Below are positions 12,815 through 26,218 of a stretch of DNA of 64,000 nucleotides, in pieces. The notes beneath the pieces were generated by a model. The model saw only the letters and a program-made list of their open reading frames with translations. It did not search any database and was not told the origin of the DNA. The position numbers were made by a program, and so were the translations under genes. Every line of letters starts with the position of its first letter. The first letter of the stretch is position 1. Source of the DNA: Octopus vulgaris (Eukaryota); NCBI GenBank assembly GCA_951406725.2, contig OX597817.1, positions 107,198,001 through 107,262,000 on the forward strand, read 5' to 3'.

Positions 12815-14038
12815 CTATAGGACTTCCAGTGAAAGTGGGATGTCGTGGATGAGTTGTTAGATCTACATTGTCTTACTCGGTTGGTATTGGACTTGAGAGG
12901 AACTGTAGAGTAGGAATTTGTGACACGAAGAGAGAAACAGAGAAAACTCCATCACAGATATATGATAGGGGCTGAGAATAAAAATAAATCTTCAGCAAGT
13001 ATTAAAACAAAATAAATGTAGGGTGAGTAGAGTTGCCTTTGATTTAGTAAGGTTGCTGCAGAGGTGGCAACAATAGCGTAGCATGGATTCTGGTGTTCTG
13101 TATGGTAGCTAGATTGGCAGGTCCCTTTCTTAAATGTAACATACTTTCAACGTGTGTTTATCCACCTCTCCTTAAGTGGCTGCTTTGCGCAATCTGCACT
13201 AATCGCACTCCCTATGCAACGCCACTGGATAACAAGAACAAAAAAAACCGTGTTATGACGTCGGCTAAAGAATTTGGATTTATTTGTGTCAGAGAGAGAC
13301 TGGTAACGTCAATGCTGCTCGGGTATTCTACCAATCTCGCTCTGACACAATTATACTTATATGTATCTATAAATAAACAAACATAACAAAAAAAATCCTC
13401 TATTACACCCTCTCACATACAAACACTGTATTCTCTCTCACTCTTCCTCTCTCCCTCTTTCTCCCCCGCCCCCTCTCTCTCATTTACTCTTCTCTCTCTC
13501 TCTCAAATTCACACTTGTATTATTGTTTATACATCTATAAATATACAAACAAACCTACACTGAAAGATTTCTCCGCACGTTAACGTATATATACATATAC
13601 TCATATACATTAATATGCACATTATATCACATGATATAACTAACTGTACATAATCATTTATACACGCAATTACACACGCAGGCACACGTGCACAACCGAA
13701 GGTGATAAGGACTGCTCCATCTCTGTTTTATACATTATCACAGCAACATGCACCAAAACATAGTCCTACACATGATTATAAATAAAAAAAAAAAACCCCA
13801 TTCACTTATATACACAAAGCTATCGCCGTATCAAAACAATGCGCATATATGCAGGCAGAAAACCATTATGTTTCAATACATACATACTAGACTACATCAC
13901 CATAATAGCAAACATATATACAAAACCACATTCATAACGCCAAACATACCCCTCTACCACAAATACATTCTCTGTCTGTCTGTCTGTCTGTCTGCCTGTC
14001 TATTTGTCTGTCTGTCTGTCTGTCAGTATGTGTGTCTC

Positions 14039-14089
<51 letters not shown>

Positions 14090-14250
14090 AGAATGTAAAT
14101 AAACAAACCTACATACACGCATCACACATGACACTGCTTATATAACATCGTATATTATTTACTCAGATACACACTTGACTATATTCATCTAGCAGCATAC
14201 GGATCGCGCGTGCACACACACACACATACACACACATACACACACATACG

Positions 14251-14295
<45 letters not shown>

Positions 14296-14619
14296 TACGT
14301 ATTCATCTTCTAAGATACATTCACACTCATACACTCATAAGACCATGTGTATATTACTCACGTGCGCACTCTCCCAAACGCAAACACATACGCACACACA
14401 CACACACACACATGCACATACACACACGCATACACAACTCTAACAAAGCCTTCACACGCACATATACGTGCGTGTATGCGTGTGCGTGCATGCGTGTGTG
14501 TGCGCGTGTGCGTATAGGTGGTGTAGCCTGCTTGGTAGTGGATGACTAAAAATAAGCTCAAGTGTTATTGTAAAAGTACGATTACCACGTCCTTCGCTTG
14601 AATTACCTACGTAGTCTCT

Positions 14620-14935
14620 TCTTCTCTTCTTCTTCTTCTTCTTCTTCTTCTTCTTCTTCTTCTTCTTCTTCTTCTTCTTCTTCTCCTCTTCTTCTTCTTC
14701 TTCTTCTTCTTCTTCTTCTTCTTCTTCTTCTTCTTCTTCTTCTTCTTCTTCTTCTTCTTCTTCTTCTTCTTCTTCTTCTTCTTCTTCTTCTTCTTCTTCT
14801 TCTTCTTCTTCTTCTTCTTCTTCTTCTTCTTCTTCTTCTTCTTCTCCTCCTCCTCCTCCTCCTCCTCCTCCTCCTCCTCCTCCTCCTTCTTCTTCTTCTT
14901 CTTCTTCTTCTTCTTCTTCTTCTTCTTCTTCTTCT
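14620..14935. repeat. Compound (CTT)n/(CCT)n trinucleotide tract
   Basis: About 315 bp of polypyrimidine triplets. Confidence 0.98.
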
Positions 14936-15776
14936 CTCTCCCCTTCCCTCTCCCCATTCTCCCTTTCTCTCATCTCTCGGCTGAATCAGTAGAGCCTCGG
15001 ACAACGTACCTTGTTGCTACCGTATTTAGTTGCGTCCCTTTACGTTCTAAGTTCAAATGCTGCCAAGGTCAACTTTGTCTTTCCTGCTTCCGGACTCAAT
15101 AGTTAAATTGACCAATGCAGGGTGATCGATCGGTGGGACGGTGAAATCGATGGAGCATCGGACGGGGATGTCATGAGCTATTTACTCCAAGTCATTGCAT
15201 TCTGAGTTCGAATTCCGGCATGGGCTGCGTGGCTAATAGACTCAATTCGTAGCCCGGTTAAACTCCCCCACCCGGTTTTTGCATGCCTTTAACAGAACAC
15301 ACTCTTGTTGCTAGCATTCAGCCCATGTCTCCATTTCTGAGAATAACTTCCTTCTACCATTCACCGAAGTTATGTTAAGGGTCATAAACACTGCCTTTCA
15401 GAGCCTACGAGAGAGGGGTGTCCAGCCGGTACTTTGTTCCGGGGCCCAAAAGCTAAGGAGGGCTCCACAGCAACCATGCAACATCCATCCCCCCTTGAAA
15501 ACAAGCACTTTCTACTACCCCCAGTTCGACATACACTTACATTCACATACACAAACATACTTATCATATCACACATAGTTATCATATCACACCTACGCAA
15601 ACAATACTTATCATATCACAGTTCTTTTTATTAGTATTTATTTTAATTATTGTAGGCTTAGTTGTATGAACATATGATAACACCAAGAGTATCTACTTAC
15701 AGCCCGGGGCCCCAAAGGGGTCTTGTAGCGCCTTGCAAAATTTCTCTTGGAGGCCCTACTGCCTTTACGCATATGT

Positions 15777-16098
15777 TGGCATTCCGTCAGTTACGATGAC
15801 GAAAGTTCCACTTGATCCGATCAATATAACAGCCTGCTCGTGAAATTAACGTGTAAGTGGCTGAGCACTCCACAGACACGCGTACCCCTTAACTTAGTTC
15901 TCAGGGAGATTCAGCGTGACACAGAATGTAACAAGGCTGGCCCTTTGTAATACAGGTACTTCTCATTTTTGCCAGTTGAGTGGACGGAAGCAACATGAAA
16001 TAAAGTGTCTTGCTCAAGGACACAACGCATTGCCAGGAATTGAATTCACAACCTTATGATCATGAGCCGAATACTCTAACCAGTAAGCCACGTGCCTT
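15777..16098 (-). mobile_element. tRNA-derived SINE family D
   Basis: Head GGCACGTGGCTTACTGGTTAGAG and body gtgtccttgagcaagacacttt. Second copy at 59568-59885. Confidence 0.88.
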
Positions 16099-16485
16099 CA
16101 CTGTGCGCGCGCGCGTGTGTGCGTGCGTGTGTGCATTCGTTTGTATACGTATGGCTACGTGATAAAAGGAGATTAGCGAAGTCTTTTGTCCTTCGATGGT
16201 TGGTAAAATAAGTATCAGTCGTATATAAGAGTCCAACTACATCCACTAGTTTGTGGGTTTGTATCTGTGTTACAAACCAATATATAAAGTGAGCGTCCGA
16301 CTTGCTAGAAATAGCAACTTGTGCATATAAAAGAAAACTTGTGCCTATAAAAGAAAAGCTAAAAAATAATTGTAGTCTTGTACCTGTGTTACAAATCAAT
16401 ATATAGAAACTCTGAGTTTTACATACGAAAACTTTACATGGTCGTTCGACTTGTTAGAAATAGCAGCTAATATCTATATAATAGT

Positions 16486-16812
16486 TTTAAATAGTGTCAT
16501 GAATGACCATGGCATTGCACCTAGAAAGTTACCCTCCGAGGCACAAGTCCGGGCAAGGTTGTTTATGGAAGACAAGCAATCGCCCTTTGTATGCCAGTCT
16601 CCCCTCTCCACGCCACCGATGTTATCCAAGGGAAAGGGAAAGGCCGATACAGCTTGGCACCAGTGATGTCGCAACTCATTTCTACAGCTGAGTGAATTGG
16701 AGCAACATGAAATACTGTGTCTTGCTCAAGAACACAACACACAGCCAGGTCCAAGAATAGAATTCACTACCTCATGATTGTAAGCCCGACACTCTAACCA
16801 CAGAGCTATGCA
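16486..16812 (-). mobile_element. SINE with family D-like head and a different tail
   Basis: Head and body shared with 15777-16098. Tail gttatccaagggaaagg..gccgatacagcttggcac also occurs at ~54438. Confidence 0.8.
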
Positions 16813-16819
16813 TACCACC

Positions 16820-17665
16820 CCAGATGAGGTCAGGTGTTGTAGCATGCACTGTTGCAGCGCGTTGCTGCATTCACCATTTGTCACTATATTTCCAGGTCCT
16901 CCTGGGCGAGCCGTCAACCCAGCTGGATCCAGTGAAGAGGACATGGTAAGCAGGGTCTAACTCAGAAAATCGAGCAACATGACCAAGCAGTCTGAGTTGG
17001 TGCCCCCGAATCATACAAGTAACAGGTCGCATTCCAGTTCTGAGTAGAGTCGTTGGTTGGATACGAAATCCGACAAATGGTAGCCCATAATCCTGCGAAG
17101 TGTCCTGGTACCAAAGAAGTTGAGGTGGCTCTTAAGGGCCTTGGACCGTGTCCCAGTCTCACAACTTAAAAAGCAGAACAGAGAGGACCAGAGACCTAAA
17201 GACCCGAATCTTTGTTCTCCTGCATAGATATCTGTAGCACCAAACACCCTTATCAAATGAGTCTACAACTGCACCAGCTCGTCTGCGTAATTTTAGGACT
17301 TCAGATTCGCAGCTAAAGCAACCATGAATCTCGCTGCTGAGATAACTGAAACGGCCAACAACTTCGGCATTGTCATCCGCAACAAAGACAGATAAGTGGA
17401 GGCCTCCAAGAAGCCAACGAAGGACTAGCTCTTTGACTTGACCCCAAATACTCTAAGGCTAAGTGGTTTCACTTTCTCAACACTCAGTGAAAGGAGAGCA
17501 CTCCTTAAGACATCCAGAAACTCAGCAGGAATAACCTCATCATCAGCAAAATCTAGGTCTGTAATCTTATTTTCACTAAATTGTGCACCACAACTCGATC
17601 GACACTCCATTCGACCAAGAATCCAATCCATCCAGGCATTGGAACAAAATGGAAGTCAAGACACC
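16820..17665 (-). pseudogene. RTE-clade LINE reverse transcriptase fragment
   Basis: MDWILGR...KITDLDFADD (RT catalytic motif), later LRRIMGYHLSDFVSNQRL. Confidence 0.88.
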
Positions 17666-18414
17666 ACTCCATTAAGAAAAAAATAATTGTAGCCTTGTAC
17701 CTATATCACAAACCAATGTATAAACCAGGTATGGACCGCTTCTTCGAGAAGCGGGCCGCATGAGACATAGCTCATCATCAAGTGGGCCGAACTACGAAAA
17801 AAATGATGTCATTTTTCGTTAAACGTTCCATTCAGAAAGTTCCGCGTGCTGTAGTTTGCCCACGACTAATATAAACTGTATTTGGATATTATACACAGAA
17901 GCATTATGTGATCGCTCGACTGGCGAGAAACAGCAGCTAGTGTCTATATTATAGTTTAAATCATAAAGAATAGAAAAACGAATCAAAGGTTCTTCCCGAG
18001 CCATGGGTTCATAAGGCTGGTTTCCCAGATTCTGTGGCATATATATTCCTCTCCTGGACGGGACACCGGTCCGTCGCAGAATTACTTTTGCCAGCTGAGT
18101 GAACTGGAGCAATGTGAAATGAAGAGTTTTACTTCAGAACACCACCTCTCGCCTGGCCCATGAATCAAAGCCACAATCTTATGGTCATTAGTGCAGCAGC
18201 CTAGCCACTAAGCCACGCGCCTTAACAATAAGCTAAGAAGTATCGCTCAAATAGTCTAAAATACCCAGCCACAAAAAATGTAATTGTGATCTTGTATCTG
18301 TATTTCAAATTAATATATAAACCGTGTTTGGATATCTCACTCAGAAACTTTACTTGATCGCTCGACTTACTAGAAATACTAAATGTCTCTCAAACCACAT
18401 TCTACACTGTCTTT

Positions 18415-18625
18415 TACTATCTTTACTCTTTTACTTGTTTCAATCATTTTACTGCGGCCATGCTGGAGCACCGCCTCTAGTCGAGCAAATCGCCACCAGG
18501 ACTTATTCTTTGTAAGCCTAGTACTTATCCTATCGGTCTCTTTTGCCGAACCACTGAGTTATGGGGGCGTAAACACACCAGCATCGGTTGTCAAGCGATG
18601 TTGGGGGACAAACACAGACACACAA

Positions 18626-18658
<33 letters not shown>

Positions 18659-18830
18659 CATATATACAACGGGCTTCTTTCAGTTTCCGTCTACCAAATA
18701 CACTTACAAGGCTTTGGTCGGCCTGAGGCTATAGTAGAAGACACTTGCCCAATGTGCCACTCAGTGGGACTGAATCCGGAACCATGTGGTTGGTAAGCAA
18801 GCTACTGACTACACAGCCACCCCAGCGCCT
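18415..18830 (-). mobile_element. Full-length SINE family B (CORE-like) with central microsatellite
   Basis: Head with A/B boxes, ttgggcaagtgtcttctactatag, central (TA)/(TG) run and family tail. Confidence 0.9.
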
Positions 18831-19189
18831 ACAGTTGCAAAAAAAAAGTGAATGAAAAGCATTGAAGGGACATTGAATGATATGGTGATAGATACGCCAT
18901 CGAAAGGTTACATTTGATAATCTACTCCGATATCCATAGTCTGACGGATACATTGGATGATGAAGATTTGAAAACGCCGAGAAATCTTTCTGAAACAAAT
19001 GTTTAAAAAATCATAAAAGAACGTTTCTGTAACATTTGAAATATAGAAAATTGTTTCAGAGAATGAAATGTCATTCCAACATGCAAACAACATACAGAGT
19101 AATTCAAAAGTCACTTTAGCATTTAACTGATAAAAAAAAAAAAAAGCTACAGGAGACTTTTGAATCATATTGTATATTTCCATCCAATA

Positions 19190-19480
19190 TTCTTGGGAAG
19201 GTCATGGAGGTGGAGTAGAGTCCTCAGATACCTCCCCCATCGGGTTCTATCAAAAGCAACCGTCATTACACTTTCTGGCTGGATTCCCCCAGCATGACCA
19301 ATTGAAGCTATGGATATTATACAGCCATTTCATTCTTGGTCTGCCCTCTACGTCTTCTGCCTATTGGCTCGGCTTGAAGAATCCGTTTTGCTATTCTTTC
19401 CTGCGACATGTCCGTAGTACTGGAGCTGTAACCTCTTAATGTGAAGCCACAGATCCTTCGGAGGAACTCCATTTCGACCG
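19190..19480 (-). mobile_element. LINE (RTE-like) ORF C-terminal fragment
   Basis: Minus strand KRLQLQYYGHVAG...GRRRRGRPRMKW-like motif. Confidence 0.65.
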
Positions 19481-20839
19481 CTGGTATTACCAGTGCACTC
19501 TATATATTTGAATTATTATTTTTAGAACCGAATTCTCTCATTCCAGTTGAAAACGTTAGAAACTGAAGGAATACAATATTAAAACGTTCACTACTCAAAC
19601 TGCTATTCCTATTCGTTTATCGACTAGTAAGATAGCTTGCTATACTGCGTTGGGAAAAACATTATTAGAATTGATCTCTTTGTTGCAAGATGCAGCATGT
19701 ACACGACTAATGATAAGTAATCAACAAATTTTTATTAATCCTTATTAATTGTGATCTTGTACCTGTGTCACAAACCAATACATAAACATATGGGTAACCT
19801 TTTTCGAGAAGTAGGCCGCATTTGACATAGCTCATCATCAGGCGGACCACACTACAAAACCTTTGAGGTAATTTTTCGTTAAGCGTTCCATTCAGAAAGT
19901 CCCGCATTTGGCCCATGACCGATATAAACTGTATTTAGATATTATACACGGAACCATTATGTAATCGGTCGACTGGCTAGAACTAGCAGCTAATAATACG
20001 GACATTTATTTAACTTCAATTCCTCAGTTATTTCGAAAACATGCAAACTTGAATAAAAAAATATATACGTCAATCGTATATATTTCAGCATCACGAATAC
20101 TTAGGAAAGACATTTTTAGTGCATTATTAAATCATGTAATATTTAAAGCAACTTCGCATATAGGACTTGGAGAGAATTTATTCAGATATTATTTTGTGGA
20201 AAATAAGTGCTGTCAAATACAGTGATCATGCAAACCAACTTCAACCTCCTAATATTACTTGTCTGGTGATAAAATTTGAAAAACCATTATCATTAATATT
20301 CTCTTAATATGATTTATTGAGATATTATAATTAGGTCTGCAACGTGGTGAACTCACTGAATCGTTATCATGCCGGATAAGATGCTCAGCGGCATATCGTC
20401 CGTTTTTACGCTCTGAATTCAAGCTCCGCTGAAGTGGACTTTGTCCTTCATTCTTTCCAGTCGATAAAATAAGTACCAGTCATGTACTGAGAGCGATATA
20501 CTCGACAATACTCCCCCACCTCCCGAAATTTCAGGCCTTGTGCCTTTAATAGATACAATTATTATCAGATTTATAAGGGTGGCGCTGATGGCAATTGGTT
20601 AAGCAGTAATTAATTTCGTTGATTAATTACTGAGTTCAAATCCTGCCAGTCAGCTTCTGCATTTCCTTTTATCCCACTGTTGATCATCAGGAAATATGTA
20701 CTATATTCAACTCAATAGACTGAATGTAGAAACTTATACAGGGTCAGGGGTCACCAACCGAACGGGGTATACCAAAACCCAATTAACGTAGTAGACAGAG
20801 ACGATAACAACCACAGGACTTTTCACTTATTAGGTAGGA

Positions 20840-21100
20840 CTAGCAGAGATATCCGGCCTTGCCCTGGATTAAAATGGCATAGCTTTTTTTTTATTGTTTT
20901 ACTTGTTTCAGTCATGTGATTGCGGCCATGCTGGAGCACCGCCGCTGGTCGAACAAATCAACCACAAGATTTATTCTTTGTAAGTCTGGTGCTTATTCTA
21001 TCGATATCTTCTGCCGAACCGCTAATTTACGGGGACGTAAATACACCAACATCGGCTTCTAAGTGATAGTGGCAGAAGAACAAACACAGACACACACACA

Positions 21101-21142
<42 letters not shown>

Positions 21143-21167
21143 GAACAGACTTCTTTCAGTTTGTATA

Positions 21168-21208
<41 letters not shown>

Positions 21209-21538
21209 TGACATGTATATAAAAACATAGTGAAAGTAATTGAAATTGAAACCATATAGTGAAACTATTATAGCACATTACAATAGGGATGTTATTGTTT
21301 CACTTTTGACACGTAATACCGAAACAGTGTAAGAGATAAAAGATTGCTCCAGGCTCGCATTAGGCAAGAAGTTGGAAATGTTTTGGGCCCATGACACTCC
21401 ATGGATTCTAAGTACGGCATGTGTAAAATTTGAATGAAATCGGTAAGGTAGTTCACGAGTTTTAGTGATGCACGCATACATGCATACAGACAGTCAGAAA
21501 GACAGACAAACAGACATTCTCAGTTTTTTATATATAGA
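20840..21538 (-). mobile_element. Non-autonomous Helitron with nested SINE B (20890-21165)
   Basis: Minus-strand 5' A|TCTATATATAAAAAA, then (CTGT)-rich tract. 3' GC-rich weak hairpin followed by CTAG|T at 20843-20839. Confidence 0.8.
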
Positions 21539-22166
21539 TTAACTGTTTTCAGTCCCGAATTATTTCTTTATAAGTAAAAACTGTTTTCATAATTGAAAAT
21601 GGCTCTGCGAGGAATTGTTAATCGCAGTATAACATATCACGTGTATAAACATATTGGTTACCGCAACAATTTTGTAAAATTAGCATTTCCGGAATAATTT
21701 ATATAAATTTTCACGTAGAATATGATATTACAACTGAGATTTGAATATTGAAGTATAATTCGGTTAAATGATATCAGGAAGAAGATTTTCAGAATTTATT
21801 GCCGAATTTAGTAAAGCACATTTTATAAAGATGTAATTTTATAAAGATGTAACCTCAAAAATTAACTTTGGCCACTTTTCCTGATCAAATCATAACCGTG
21901 TTGTTTTAAATCGTATAAGTTTTGTAAGTATGTATTACTATTTAGTAGAGAAAATCCGCATTACCGCCGATATTCCACTTGGCGGCCGCAGATAAAACTA
22001 AAAAATCTGGATCTGGATATAAAGTTGAGTAAATTGGTTTTATATATATAATGATATTGTAACAAATAATAATGGTTGCTATATCAAAAGCTATGGTGAA
22101 TAATTAGACCTAGGTTCAATGAAATAAACGTAAAAAATATAATTACTTTATATTATCTTAGGGATT

Positions 22167-22461
22167 TTTTAAATTTATTTATGCGCCCTTTTCAAGCCTT
22201 ATGGGCCCGGTTTCCCGGTTTCTGTGGCGTATGTGTTCCTCCCAGCTGGACAGGACGCCAGTCCATCGCAGCGTTACTCAAGAAACAGGAAGAAAGAGTG
22301 AGAGAAAGTTGTGGCGAAAGAGTACAACAGGGATCGCCCCACCCCTGCCGGAGCTTTAGGTGTTTTCGCTCAATAAACACACACAATGCCCGGTCTGGGA
22401 ATCGAAACTGCGATCCTCTGACCGCTAGTCTGCTGCCATAATCACTGGGCCATTGCGCCTC
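22167..22461 (-). mobile_element. SINE family C
   Basis: Matches 4027-4346. 12-bp TSD atcttagggatt on both flanks. Confidence 0.9.
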
Positions 22462-22554
22462 ATCTTAGGGATTAATCTATGTAAATTTCACATATGATAC
22501 TCAGAGGTTGAATGGGCTTTAAAGGGTTTGTCAAGTTTAATATATTTTAGGAAA

Positions 22555-22830
22555 ATGTTCCGTTTCAAAAATTGTCTTTAATACAATTTTATGTATGTAG
22601 CCAGTAACAAACGATAGTCTTGTTTTTCAACCCCAAACCGATTATTCTTAATAGTTTGGGGTTCATCTGCTGCTGAAACAAACCGTATTACATGATTATA
22701 AGTATATTCGAATGCTTCTAGTAAAATTGTTTCTATTGAAATAGTTCCGACTTCATTATCTCTGTCAATATCAGCAGGAACAATTAACAAAAACCCGCCC
22801 TGGATTTGTTTGTATAATGCAAATTAACTA
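22555..22830 (-). pseudogene. Decayed Merlin (IS1595/ISXO2-like) transposase fragment
   Basis: GFLLIVP...NHVIRFVSAADEPQTIKNNRFGVEKQ resembles the CFLV.V...NHS..FV....HTQTIE..W motif. Confidence 0.45.
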
Positions 22831-23224
22831 ATGAATTTTAGTTTTCCCAGCGGGCATCTATTATAATCAAAAGCGTTATTTCCAATCAATTTGTTTACTG
22901 CTTTTGACTTCTTTCTTTAAAACAAACTTACACTTGTGCATATTTTTTTAAAATCATGTGCAAAGTATCGAGGAAATTGAAAATTACAGTATGTTACATA
23001 TAAAGAAATGTATTTTAACAGGACGATTTTGTATTTAGAAAACAAAACTCGTTAGTGTTTTGAGGAACATCGACATTCTGAATGTTACCGTGCTGTTATT
23101 GAAGTGACGTTCTAATTCCTAAATTCAAATAACGTCAAAGAATTGTAGAATAAAATTGCAAGAACACGTATGCAAACAAATTATAAATACATAATAATTA
23201 TTATTGGGTGTTTGCATTTCCTTT

Positions 23225-23750
23225 GCTGACAAGGAATGGTCATGCAAGGACATTTTGAAGAGTAATCTAATTTGTGTAATCTTCTACGAGTGAGATGAGA
23301 AAGATGACTTCGATCTTGTGAGGAGGCTTAACAAAGGCTGAGTAACGATATACAAAATGAGTTTAGTTCTATTATGATTGACTATATCATGAGAGATTCA
23401 CTTGAGGAAGTAGGCACAGAATCATTTACTGTTATTATTGGTGAATATACCGTTGCACCCAACAAAGAATAACTAAATTTATGTTCGTTGGGTCAATGAA
23501 TGCTTGGTGGCCCATGAAGAAATTTTGGGTTTTTATCATATTGTTGGCCAAGCATAGCATCTTCAACGGTGTTTTCACTTATCACAGCACGCTTACATTT
23601 TCGTTGGCAACATGTGCCATTACAGATTTGTGTATTTTGAGGCTGGCAAATACAATAACCTCAATTATCGACTTTGGTTTTGACCAGACCAGTTATAAAG
23701 GAAAGATACGCTGATGACATTGACAATGTTTCTAGAATAACTTAACTTCC
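23225..23750 (+). pseudogene. Decayed hAT transposase (DUF4371/ZMYM1-like)
   Basis: GMVMQGHFEE*SNL and FTVIIGEYTVAPNKE*LNL..RWV..L.AHEE.LGFY resemble RGH..SNF and FSIIADETTD.SNKEQL.ICIRWV...EDFLGFY. Confidence 0.7.
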
Positions 23751-23822
23751 AGCGTTTGCAGTTTCTATGAATGAAACGAATGTTTGTTGTTTGCATGATA
23801 TGTAGACCGTCTGAAATATGTC

Positions 23823-23921
<99 letters not shown>

Positions 23922-24282
23922 TGCGCGTGGGTGTGTGAGTGTGTATGTACATAAATAAATAAATATATTAAAATCAGCAAATGGTAAGAAACATCTAATA
24001 GAGATTTATACAATTTACCAACTTTTACCGATAAATTCTCTAACATTTGCTGCCCCTGAACGGACATTTTGTCTAGCAATACGATTAAAGACTTGTCATC
24101 AATCAAAAATAGAACAAAAGTGATTAAATTATCTGTCTTATACTTCCGTATCACAAGGAACAGACAGACACAATAAATTTAATTGTACACATGAAATTTG
24201 CTTCCTGAAATGAAAATAGACGAAAATATTTCTGCAGATTTTGACTGGTTCGATAACAGCAAGTTGATTGAAATAATAAAGT

Positions 24283-24754
24283 TTTATAATCACTGTTGCT
24301 TTACTCTATTGAATGAAATGTCATCCCTATGATTTATTATTTTACTACACGTATATAATATATTTTAATTAACGCTTTCAAACCTCCCAGGTACGAAATA
24401 AATACCCGATATATTAGCCGAGAAACCATTTATTTGTTGGTTTCTATGGTTACAGTCGATGCATTTCTATGGTTAACATTCAAACGCGCAAAATACGTAT
24501 TTTGTATTTGGAATGCAAGATTCTCGATGTGAACTCGTGTGTTGAAGCGGATTTTGTTGTATCTTGGGAGGGTCGTTGCACAAATAATAAATGCACTCAC
24601 TGGTTCAATTTCATTTCTTTATTATTAGTCAATTAGTTAATTATTTAACCAGCTAAAGTCCTTTCGTCGCCATTCACGATCTTATCAATATGTTTTCTTT
24701 CTTCCAGGTCAGATCTCAAGTAGATACACAGACACACACACAGGCACGCACGCA

Positions 24755-24806
<52 letters not shown>

Positions 24807-25673
24807 TGCACACAAACGCATAGATGCACGCGCGCACTCACACACACACACTTCTACACAGTGGACTACAATAACTTTGCAGCCAGAGTTAATTCAATTT
24901 GTAATAAGCGTCAACTAAATTTGTAATAACTTTGAAAAATTACTGAAAATGGATGAAAGTTTCAGTGTTTTGCAGGACTTCCTTCAGTTAATATCACGGC
25001 TTTCGTCTGATTAAGTATAGATCTGATTAAATTATCAATGACAGACTGATCCATGTTCATCCACTCTTCAGCCAATGCTCTTTAATTGATTTAATTTTCG
25101 GCGATTTTACATGTAAGTTTCTGTCCAAAATATTCCTATACATGTTTTATTGGATTAAGATCGGAGCTTTGAGCAACCCAAAGAATCAAGAGGTTTGATT
25201 CTGTGAGTTCTTTTTTTAAGCTTGCGATACCTTGCTTATATGTAGCTTCAAACGTTCTTGAAAAAGATTGGCCTTCTTATCAATTCCTACATTGAGATGG
25301 TTGGTTAATAGAGTCTTTTCAAATGTTGGTTTCAAATTTTGGCATGAGGCCTGCAATTTCGAGGTAGGGAGCAAATCGATTACATCGACAACAGTGCTTA
25401 ACTGGTACTTACTTTATAATCACAGTTGCTTTACTCTATTGAATGAAATGTCATCCCTATGATTTATTATTTTACTACACGTATATAATATATTTTAATT
25501 AACGCTTTCAAACCTCCCAGGTACGAAATAAATACCCGATACATTAGCCGAGAAACCATTTATTTGTTGGTTTCTATGGTTACAGTCGATGCATCTTTTA
25601 ACATTCAAACGCGCAAAATACGTATTTTGTATTTGGAATGCAAGATTCTCGATGTGAACTTGTGTGTTGAAGC
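24283..25673. repeat. Near-identical ~260-bp duplication (24283-24548 copied to 25413-25673)
   Basis: Direct sequence identity. The second copy interrupts a SINE A. Confidence 0.95.
24857..25320 (-). mobile_element. Tc1-like transposon 3' fragment
   Basis: WVAQSSDLNPIKHV (WP.QSPDLNPIE motif). cagtgg terminus near a TA. Confidence 0.65.
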
Positions 25674-26218
25674 AAAGTCGACCTCGGCGGAATGTGAACC
25701 TAGAATGTAAAGACGGACGAAATGCGGCCAAGCATTTCGCCCGGCGTATTAATGATTCTGCTAGCTCGTCACCTTAATCTTCAAATATTGATTTCAAATT
25801 TTGGCACAAAGTCAGAAATTTTAAGGGAGGGGTAAATCGGTTACATCGGCTCCAGTATCCAACTGGTATCTATTATATCAACCCGAAAGGATGAAAAGCA
25901 GAATCGACCTCGGCGGAATTTGAACTCAGAACGTAGAGACCGACGAAATGCCGCTAAGTATTTTGCCCGGCGTGCTAACGATTCTTATTTCTTTATTGCC
26001 CACTAGGAGCTAAACATAGAGGGGACAAACAAGGACAGACAAACGGATTAAGTCGATTACATCGACCCCAGTGCGTAACTGGTACTTAATTTATCGACCC
26101 CGAAAGGATGAAAGGCAAAGTCGACCTCGGCGGAATTTGAACTCAGAACGTAGAGACCGACGAAATGCCGCTAAGTATTTTGCCCAGCGTGCTAACGATT
26201 CTGCCAACTCTCCGCCTT
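25328..26218 (-). mobile_element. Head-to-tail array of SINE family A, including a nested alternative-tail copy (25985-26218)
   Basis: Family match. Linker tcttcaaatatt is repeated between units. Confidence 0.88.

Larger units (their letters stand above)
17684..19992. repeat. Old local duplication: ~250-bp units at 17684-17940 and 19746-19992, shorter relatives at ~16255, 16368 and 18282
   Basis: Shared taattgt..cttgtacct..cacaaaccaat, gacatagctcatcatca, cgttccattcagaaagt and tcgactggc. Confidence 0.8.

Noticed and set aside
14452-15004. Poly-E/K/R/L/S ORFs
   Set aside because: Translations of the (CTT)n/(CCT)n tract, open in several frames on both strands.
21593-21689. Weak fold-back
   Set aside because: Needs many G-U pairs and bulges in AT-rich DNA, compatible with chance.
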